A DNA stretch of 63,621 nucleotides, the filler included, from Barthelona sp. PAP020 (Eukaryota), in NCBI GenBank assembly GCA_040182905.1. It is 6 parts of 6 records of this genome, joined end to end, with 100 filler letters (N's around TTAATTAATTAA, not from the genome) between each part and the next. Parts side by side here need not be neighbours in the genome. Positions count along the whole stretch, not along the records: positions 10,679 to 21,249 come from JARQWU010000398.1; positions 21,350 to 31,885 come from JARQWU010000399.1; 4 more parts are not named here. The stretch is one strand, 5' to 3'. A program made the position numbers and the translations under genes. Shown piece after piece: positions 20,773-31,100 of this stretch. The notes under the pieces were generated by a model, which worked only from the letters and a program-made list of their open reading frames with translations, was not told where the DNA came from and made no database searches. Numbering within the stretch: position 1 is the first letter of the stretch; each line of letters starts with the position of its first letter.

Positions 20773-20949
20773 ATTTTTCCTGATTGAGAAGAATTGTGTG
20801 TGAGTGAATAAGAAAGAACAGTGTTAATTTGGTTGAAGCGTTTCAAGACTCAATAATTCCAACAAGACTTTAAATTTCTTCAAAGGGAATGTAAAAACTT
20901 TGAATTTTTGCTTTTGCTAAATATGCAAAATAAGGAGAAGAGTTCTCTC
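20773..20949 (-). repeat. Dispersed repeat family, copy A (reverse orientation, more diverged)
   Basis: The reverse complement contains CAAATTAACACTGTTCTTTCTTATTCACTCACACACAA and GCAAAAGCAAAAATTCAAAGTTT, matching 32090-32250. Confidence 0.75.
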
Positions 20950-21177
20950 GAATTTTTTACATTTATATTCTTTGCAAGTAAATATAATTATTTCACAACT
21001 GGACCAATTAATCATTTTAATCAAATTTTAGCATCTCATTTTTCCCTATTAGGTTTTGATTGATATTTAATAAAAGAGCTAATGACTTTTCCTTTCTCAA
21101 AAATGAATATTGTTTCATATTGGTCCAGTTGTGAAACAACTATATCTATTTACAAAGAAAGTAAACTCAGAAAACTC
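20950..21177. mobile_element. MITE-like element with ~59-bp imperfect inverted repeats
   Basis: Perfect 18-bp inverted repeat TTTCACAACTGGACCAAT (20991-21008) / ATTGGTCCAGTTGTGAAA (21119-21136), extending outward about 40 bp at about 70% identity; non-coding interior. Confidence 0.5.
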
Positions 21178-21249
21178 ATTCTAGCAAATTTCAGTCAAAA
21201 TCCCAGGAGGGGAATTGAGGGACTGAAATGTAATTTGAACGATCAAGTA

Positions 21250-21349
21250 NNNNNNNNNNNNNNNNNNNNNNNNNNNNNNNNNNNNNNNNNNNNTTAATTA
21301 ATTAANNNNNNNNNNNNNNNNNNNNNNNNNNNNNNNNNNNNNNNNNNNN
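21250..21349. other. Artificial contig-joining linker
   Basis: N44-TTAATTAATTAA-N44. Confidence 0.97.
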
Positions 21350-21351
21350 GT

Positions 21352-21534
21352 ACTACCTTGTTTTTACATAGTCTCAGTTTAAATTCTGATAATTTTGACC
21401 ATTTGTTGGAATTACTTTTTAATGTTGTACATTTTGACCCTGATGAAATCGATAATTGTTTGAAATTTGTGAAAAATGAGGTATTTACAGACCAATCTGT
21501 GTTGCATTCATTTAAGACTCTTTACAAGAGGTAA
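21352..21534 (+). CDS. 3' end of a gene truncated by the contig start
   Basis: Open frame from the contig edge: TTLFLHSLSLNSDNFDHLLELLFNVVHFDPDEIDNCLKFVKNEVFTDQSVLHSFKTLYKR-TAA; helical protein-like composition. Confidence 0.5.
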   Translation, partial: TTLFLHSLSLNSDNFDHLLELLFNVVHFDPDEIDNCLKFVKNEVFTDQSVLHSFKTLYKR

Positions 21535-22169
21535 AGGAGTAGAAGTAGAATAAATGTTGTTATTTTGAATATTTTTCTTTTTGGGTGTTACCTTTCTTAG
21601 ATTATAATATGATCTTTGTGTTCAATTGTAGAGCTGCAGATCAAGAAGTTATCTTCTTAAGACAGTTCACTATGTAGGTATTGTGTCACAAAGCCAAAGA
21701 TTGCTGTTAATTTTTACAAATGACTCAGACGGGCAAAAAGCAGATCTCCTGCAATTAAATAACTTTATCTTTTTTATTTACACATTTTTGCTTTATATGG
21801 TTTGGAATTTTTTTTAAAAATTAATTGGTTTAAAAAGTGTTTTTGGGTCAATAATATAGATTTCAATGATTTTACTGATAAAAGTTTAAAATAAGTTCCC
21901 AAAACACGTCAAAGACTTTATTTGAAGAAAATTTAGTCATAAATGATGAATTAAGTTTGTTGAAGCAGGTATTTTTTTTTTTCTGATTGAAAACAAAGAG
22001 AAATTCCTCTTTTTCTTTTCTTTTTAAAAAAAAAAATGGCTAAAGGTTCATAAATCTAATTATTGAAAAAGAAAATTCGTTTTAAAATAGCAACAGAAAG
22101 GAGTCTTGGATAGTTCATTTTTTTTTTACATATATAATTATTAATAGATTTTTATAATTTATTAATTAC

Positions 22170-25100
22170 ATGTCTCATTTTGATTTAAATAATTTTAAAA
22201 CTCATATATGTGGACTTTGCCAAAATCTTCCAGTTCAACCGAAAACACTTCCTTGTGGACATACTTTTTGTAGAGATTGTTTATCACGATATTTAGCTAT
22301 GAATAGTACTGCATGTCCGACATGTGGTAGGGAATATGGTTCTTCAATTCAATCTGTTGATTCTTTATCTTGTGATCCTGAAGTAGCCAAAGCTATTGCA
22401 CAATATTCTAATATTAATGTGATTAGTTTGGATGAAATTCAACCTCAACAAGAGATTGGTAGAGGTTCATTTGGTATTGTCTATAGGGCGTTGTATAATA
22501 ATGAAATATATGCTTATAAACAGATTTCTGATATAACTAGACAAACGCATAACACCTTTTTTGATGAAGTATTTGTTCAATATCATCTAAATCATAAAAA
22601 TGTTGTTAAGTGTTATGGTTTAGTTGAACAAAACATTCAAAATGATAGAAAATTTATTGGTATCATGTTTGAATGTGCTGCTATGGATTTAAGTCACTTT
22701 TTATTGTCATCTTTTCAATTGTTGAGTACAGCACAGAAATTACAATTGATACTTGACATCGCCAAAGGTATTGAATATGTTCACGGGTTTGATATTGCCC
22801 ATTCTGATATTTCGGATTCAAATGTCGTTGTTTTTCCTGAATTCGATCAAGCAGGTAATTTTATTGAAGTTCATGGGAAACTTACTGACTTTGGTTTGGC
22901 TCATGCACGTACATCTGAGATTTCTGGGCGTGGTTCTACTTTAAAAGCATTAACCCCATATTGTGCCCCAGAAAGGTATTTTTTGAACCATTACGACAGA
23001 AAGCATTGTGATGTGTTTTCTTTTGGTGTCTTAGCCAATCAAATTATGACTGGACAGATTCCGTTTGCTAACATGAATATCATTCAAATTCAAGAAGCAT
23101 TTAGAAGTTCTATACGTCCATTACAAGCGCCAGATGCACCAGATGGACTGAATTGGGTGATTTCAATGTGTTGGTCGCTGATGCCGTATGAAAGACCCAC
23201 AATGTCTTCTGTTGTCACACGTTTGGAACACATTGTGAAGGCATTTCGTGAAACGCATGTTTTACCATCATTTGAATTTGATTTTGGTGATTGGCATGGT
23301 GATTATGCTGAATTAGCTCAATTGGGTGGCGGTATGGGTGCCACCTCATCTAACATGTTTGATCATATCACTGGTGATGCAAGATATCGAACCATAGTTT
23401 CAAGTTCTATTTGTAAAGAATGTTCCTCCTTGATGCAAAATTCTGTCAGTTTAATATGCAAGCATTCGTTTTGTGAGAAATGTATTGCTAAGTTGTCTGT
23501 GTGTTCTTATTGTGGAGGACCAAAAATTGTGACCCCACAAACACCCAAATTGGTGAAAGATGCTCTTGAATTTGTAGGCAGGTTTGAAAGTATATCCATG
23601 GATGCAATTACAGATTTAGTGCCATTGAATCGTGGAGGATCTTTATTTGAACTTTTTGAATGCACTTATGCAGGAGAAAAGTATGTTTTCAAGCAATGTA
23701 GACCGGAAGTTAGATTTCCCTTGATGACTGAAGCCACACTATTGTTGCAATTAAAACATAGGAATCTTGCTACACCTGTTGGTTTGATATTTGATGATAA
23801 CAGTTCGGGTCTCTTATATCCCAGATATCAACATAATCTTATTGAGTTTTTGGCACAGGATTGGGTTAAAGATATGGATAAGTTTTATGTGTTTCGTGAG
23901 TTAGTGATAACCATCAATCATATGCATAGTTTGGGTGTAACTCATCGCTGGTTAAAGCCTGAAAATATATTTGTAAATATGGAAGAAGGTCGTTTGAGAG
24001 TGATTGTTGATGGAATGTTTTTATCCCATGCAAGAGAATGTGTTGAAGTTATTTCACCTTTTACTGATCCATCTATTCTCTTTAAACGTAAGAATAAGAC
24101 GATTGAAGTTGATTATAAACAAGCTGATATATATTCTCTTGCTGGTATTTTATACTATATGTTTGTTAATGAATATCCAGTGGAAATTGGCAAATTAACC
24201 AACACAGCCTATTTGAAATTGTTGCATTTTGGTAAGAGGCCGACAATACCAGCAGATGCTCATCCTTTATTACATTTATTGGTTGAAAAAATGTGGGCAA
24301 AGACTGACAGAATCAATTTGAATGATGCTTTAGCATTATTAGAACAAGAAACTGGATTGTTTATGAGGTTAATGATGGGATTATTGACTGATTTGGATGA
24401 TTTACCACAGCGTGATCAAAATGGAAGGTCATGGATTGATTATTTCATTACTTATGGTAATTTAGGCATGGTGAAATCACGGAAGAGTGCTAAAAAAGTT
24501 CAGCAATTAATAGATGGATGTGTTTCTGGAAAAACAAACATCTTACATTTGATTGCCAAATTTAACCGGTACGATTTTGTTGAGTTTTTTGTTTCTCGCA
24601 TTCAACAAGCGAATATTTCGGTTAATTTAACCGATGAAAATGGTAATCTACCTGTAGCTTTAGGTTTTATTCATAATAATGTTGAAACAGTTGATGTCAT
24701 GTTAGCTTATGATGCTAGCCCCATTTCTGTTGATGGATCTAAAAGTCCTTTGCAATATGCCATAGCCAATGATATTCTTTTTGATACCATTATTGATTTG
24801 AGTGAGATGTATGATTGGGAACAATTGTTGGTTGAAATTGCAGAAGGATGTCACTATGCTTATGATAATTTGTGGCTTGATAGATTGATTGAACGTGGTC
24901 TGGTTGATATGAATCATATTTTGGAAATATCTGTTCGGAAAGGATGTTTACAGGTATTGAATCAATGGTTAAAAGAAGAAGAAAGTAAGAAGATTGTCAT
25001 GAAGTTTCTTCAAGAGTTTGAGTTTGATTATGATAAATTCAGAATTTTAAGCTATACTCAAATGAATCAATTATTTGAAGTTTTGATTGATTTACGCTTG

Positions 25101-28100
25101 AAAGATTTGCTTCAATTGATATTATTAAGTGGAATCGAAGGATATGCTAGAGATTTGATGGATATATTATCGAGGTTGAATTCAAGTATTGTTGAAAAGT
25201 TATATTTTTCAATTGAAACTTGGAAATGTTTGTTTAAAGCTTCATTAGATTCGAACAACTATCTTGAAGGAATTTCGAAGTTAGTTTTGAATAAGGCATG
25301 TGTAAGAGCATATCTGGAAACAATATTGAAAAATTTTTGGGATTTGAAACAGTTGTATGAAGAAACGAAATTGAATTTGATTTTCAGTTACATTATTTGT
25401 GTTTCTTTTGAATTGGATTGTCACAATGTGTTCATTGAATTGATGTCAGAAGAAAAAGAACAAGAAAAGAACAAGAAGAAATTTTTTTCCAATTTCCTTT
25501 ACGGATTCAGTTTGTATGTTGATACATGTGTTTTCATTGATTCTTTGGACTCAATTTCATCTATAATTGTATGTTTATTTGAAAACTTTAATAATGCAGA
25601 ATTGAACTATATTTTTGGACTATATTGTTGTAAGATGAAATTGAACACTCAAAGGGCGGATTTTATTGTGTCTAGTCAGTTATTGTACCACTGCTTAAAC
25701 AATGAGTTATTGATGAATGAATTTGGAACGTTTAGTGAGCAAACTAAACGACATTTACTATTAAGACTGACACACTCTCTATTTGGAGATAGTCAAACTA
25801 AAAACACTTTAACTTTAGATTTTAAGCCAATTTTATTCAAATATTTGATCAATTTTCCTGAATTAATAACTTTCAAAGAAGAAAATCCAATTTTTATGTT
25901 GATTGCTGAATACAATGAAAATGAAAATCTTCCTGAAGAATTCATCAAACAATTATTTGAAAATATTGATTTTCCAATATTTCATACAGATAATAGCGGA
26001 CAAAATATATTGCATATTTGTGCCTTGTATAATAAAGGGAAAGTTTTGCAGTATTTGAAGAATTTTGAGACGAATCCAAAAGAATGGGAAAAGCTACTAT
26101 TTATTAGAGATAAAGGAGGTTTAAATGTTATAGATATTATAAGGGTGAAAGATCCGTTGAAAGAAGGAGATTGTGAATTTATGGAGTGTTTATGCTATTT
26201 CATTCCTGAAATTTTGAATATTTTAATTTCTGATGAGAAAGAGAATAGGTGGGAATTTTGGGGATTGAATTTTTTTTTCAATAACTTGTTTTTGCTGAAA
26301 GATAATTGTGAGGTTCTAGCAAAGATTCTTGAAAGTGATAGATTAACGGATTTATCGTTAGAAATTTACACTGACACCAATTCTAAAAGAAAGGTTGCAT
26401 TAGGTTTGAATGTTTGGGAAAATATAGTGGTTACTTTATTGAAACATTTGAAACTTTTAAACGTTACTTTAACAGATAATAAGATAAGATTATTGATTGA
26501 ATTGGATAGTTTGAATGGAAATGTTTTTAAATATCAACCTTTGGTTTATTTAGCAAAAAATGATTCTGTTGATGAAATAAAGATGTTGGTCAACAATACA
26601 TATTTTCAAGCTGATAATCCTTTAATTACTGATGATGAGAATGCTCAAATAATCTTGAGATCAGCGTTAGACAACTGTTCAATCAAAGCATTTTTATTTA
26701 TCTCTAGTCTATGTCCACACATAGCAAGACAATTCTTTTCTGAAGCTTTAAAATTAGCTGTGGATAATTCTCATTATACTCTCTTTTTACAAACAATGAT
26801 TCATGAAAAAGTTTTTCTTGTAGATGATATTGTTGATGATCAAGGGAATACTATGTTACATTTGGCAATCAAAAATAAGAATATTGATCAAGCTCATTTG
26901 TTAAGACAATTAGGAGCGAATCCAAACATTGCTAACAAAAATGGAGACACTTGTGTTGATTTGGCTGTTGAAAATAATTATGGGGAATTGATGAGCGTTA
27001 TGGCCAATTCATTCAGTACCACTATTGTTGTTGGTTTATTTATGATTCTTTTTGTTTTACCATATTACTTACATTTTCCCATGCCTTTAGTTATTCTTGG
27101 GCTACAATCATTGTTATTAACTGTGCTAGGTTTTATTTATGTTAAACTGTTGGGTTATAAACAAACGTTGGGGAATCAATTATTAATTTTGATTAAGACA
27201 GCAACCTTTATATTTTCTTTATCATTATATTGTTGGTATTCGATTGAACGAGATAATTTGTTAGATGTTAATACGTTGAAATGGTGTATTGGAACGAATC
27301 ATTTACTTGCTTTGGTATTTACGTTGACTGAAATTCCTTCAATCAAAGGATTTTTAACAAGAAAGCAATACGTTAATTTTTTTTCATGTTTAATTTTACC
27401 ATTTCTTCAAGTATCAAGTTCATTTTTTACTGGAGAGAAAAGATTTTTATTTAATACTGATTTAACTTCAGCAAATTCGATTTTAAATACTTTATTACCT
27501 AAATTTTGGTTAATTATTCCACCATTAACCTTAATTGGACAATATGGTGCTATATATCAAAATATTTCTTTCTTTATGTTAACTTCAGTTATAAAAGCAA
27601 CAAGAAATGAAAATTATGTATTTTTAAACAGTGAATCTGATGGACAAGTATTTTTACTTATCTTTTTAAGTATTTGGTTAATTTATAGTTTATTATCAGT
27701 ACCTAATCCATTTTGTTCAGCAAGATTTCCTTTACCTACTACATTTTTGACTACCATCGTTGGTATCATTATGTTTGCTAATTACGATTTGTATGGTGTT
27801 GGTTCTTTTGTTATAGCAATCAGTTTAACCAATTTTAAAACTCATGGAATATCTAATCTGTTGGATGAAATTATTTTTGTCATCATTCAAACTATTGTTG
27901 CATATATTTGTTTCAATCAAAATGCTGCGTTTGAAAGGATGTTGAATTTATTGGCTTTACAATCTATATTTATAAGTCCAAGAGATTGGCCAACGTGTTT
28001 ATTGATCACTTTATCAATAGCTATTCCTCAACATATTAAAGTGTATAATTCTTATATTATCATCTTTTTGGTAATGATGATTGTATTGACATATATCAAT

Positions 28101-31100
28101 GGACAATTTAAATTTTTGAAAAAGAATCCCAGTAGAAACTATTTGTTAGATCCAACAAGTTTTGATGAATGTTATCAATACAAATTTAATCTTTCATCGT
28201 TATCAGTTTTACTCAGTTCAATCATGGCATGTTTTGCTTTATTGTATCAATTATCAATTGAAAATGCTTTTTATTTTAATATCACAAATTTTTCACGTTT
28301 TTCTATTGATCTGTTAATTATCTTACCCTTGATAATTTTGGGAATTCATTTGGGAGGATATCTTGGTTTTATCATTGTGCCATTAACATACATTAGTTTG
28401 AAAATATTTGATGTGAGTATTTTTGGAATAGTTTTAAATGTTTTGATTTTTTATATTTTTTTGTGGAATCTCGAAGATTCAGAACAAATAAATGATAATG
28501 ATGTTGATGAAAAAAGTATAGGACAAGGTAAAACAAAAAATTTATTATTGTTCACACTCAGTTGTACTGCATTCAACTTATTTTTATTTTTTGAGATAAA
28601 AACACCTTCTAAAGATTATTTAATTACATCTTTTGGTTGTTTATTCTTGTATATATTGAATTTTTTTATAAATACTTACTTGAAAGTACCTTTAAAATAT
28701 TTACTTAATTGTACTTTCTTTGGAGTTTTAGAATTTATTTGTGTTATTGCTAGTGAAAATAATCCCTATCTCTTGTATTTAGTAGTGATAAATTCATGTT
28801 GTTTGTGGATTTTTAACAATTTTTATCTAATGGTTAATGATAGGACAAAAGATTATTTTTCTTTCATTCATAGTTTTATTGCTTTGATGATTTCTTGCTA
28901 TACTTACGTTTATTATGATTTCTACACATTCATTTGTACACTTACAGGTATAAGTCTTAGTTTAATTTTATTGCAATTAAAAAATAGATCTGAAAAGTTT
29001 AGTGGACTTTCAATTTTTGTTGGCTCTCAAATCTTTCAAATATTGTTTATTTTGGGAATTGGACCACCATTACATGGTGTTTTAATTCGACCTAACAATA
29101 TTATATTATTTTTAGGAATTTTTGTATTAATATTTTGTCATTTTGCTATACAGACTGATTGGAAAATTATAGTCAATATTTCATTATTTGTTCTTATTGC
29201 TTGCAGTTTTGTACTTCATCTATTTTTGGCATTTGTTTCAAATGATCTCGTGATTCGATTTTATGGGTTCGTCAATTATTTAATTCAACCTTTTTTCATC
29301 ATAATTCTATTCAATAGCGTGATTTTTGCTAGAGCTATCTTATTTTTACCGTTATTTTTTGTTAATGTTTGGAGATTGCAAGATTTTTCTTCAATAATTT
29401 TTCTCATCAGTTTCTTCATCATTAATGCTGTGATTATTCCTAACTTTTTAGTTTACAAAAAAATTTTAAGCATGTTTCAACCAACCATTACATATATTCT
29501 GTTGCTTTTGACCTTTTTCAGAATTACTATTACTCCTTTAGCTTTTACTGAATTACTTTATGACAGGTCCATTTTTGTGTTATCTTGCCCTTTAATTATC
29601 ATCAGTACAATTCAATTTTTCTTTGACATTAAGAAATTTGAGTTGAAAATGCTTTACATTATCATTGAAAGTTTAACCAAGATTTGTATCTTGACTTTTC
29701 TTTTATCTTTTTCTTCACCCTCATATATTGTTGGATTAGGTGTATTAGCAATGGTAACTGATTCCAAAAGTATCTTATATCATTGTTTATTCATTAGTTT
29801 CATCATAAAAACAACAATGAACAGTAGTTTAGTTGATGTTGATAATTCATGGTGGTGGATCTTCATAATTGTTACATTGATAGTTCTATTGGTTTGTAGA
29901 ACAAGTATCTTTCCTATTGTTTCTTCTATTGATCATGTAATGAAAGAAATTCTTGGTAATAAAGAAAAGAAAGAAGATATTAACTCAGTGAATTTTATTT
30001 TGCTTGGAATAGCTTCTCTAATTTTTATTCCCTTGATGATTTGTATTTTGACCAAATCAAACATGTATATTGCTTATAGTTATGCAAGTGTTCATGTCTT
30101 TATTGGTATATATGTTTTAAAACATCATTGTGCATTTAATTTTGTTGACAAAAGTAGTTATGTTATTTTTTTGAGCATTTATTTAGTAATAGGCTCAATA
30201 ACTTATCTATTGTTGATGTTGATTTCTTCCTCTGATGAAGATCGAATGATTTGCAGTGCGGGATTTATAATTGGTATGACTTTCATCAATGGGTTTAATT
30301 TGCTTGATAATTATTGGTTAACAATTTCTTTTTATAGCATAAATTTACTCTCTGCTATGATTACGCTAGCAAATGGAAATGTTATGAACTTTCAAACAAT
30401 ACCAATCTTAATTATTTGTTTAATATCTGTAATTAAGATAGAAAGATGTTTTTATGATAGGGAAGAAAAGAATGATATTAATAAAGAAACTTTGCATGAA
30501 TATTTTGAAGAATTGTTTAAAAAATCAAAAATTTTTTCTTTCACAGATATAACTGTTAAATTCAATCATTTTAACTTAAAATTTGAAGAATATTTTAATG
30601 ATTGGCTTCAATATGGTTTTATTCAAGGTTTTATTTGTTGTTTGAGTTCAATTTTACCTTTAACTTTGTTAAGTCTATCTCAAGTATCATCTTCATCTTC
30701 AAATCAATTATTTAAAGCTATTTGTTCCACAATAATTATTGGTTTTTATGGTTTGATTTATGGACCAATAACATTCATTTTTTCATTTGGCTTTTCAATA
30801 TTTACATTGTTTATTTCTTTTCATAACCATTATTTCTTGCTATTAAGCATTTTTTGTGTTAGTTTTTCTTTATTTACTCCATTTATTTTACCTAATCTGT
30901 TTACAGGTCTTATGACGATAATTTTATGCTTTGTTTTAGAAACGAATGAAAATTATTTGAGATATATTTATTTTTCAGTAGTATTTGTATATATGATTGT
31001 GTTAATCTTTGTTATTGTTGTAAATACAAAGAAATTAAGAAAAGATGATGCTTTAACTGTTTTACCTATATTATTTACAGTTATTTTTTGCATTTTTGAT

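Noticed and set aside
21624..21757. Possible structured ncRNA (terminal stem AATTGTAG..CTGC / GCAG..CTGCAATT with an internal AATTTTT Sm-like site)
   Set aside because: The pairing is short and bulged, and no U1/U2/U4/U5/U6, snoRNA box or tRNA signature is recognisable. An Infernal/Rfam scan would be needed.
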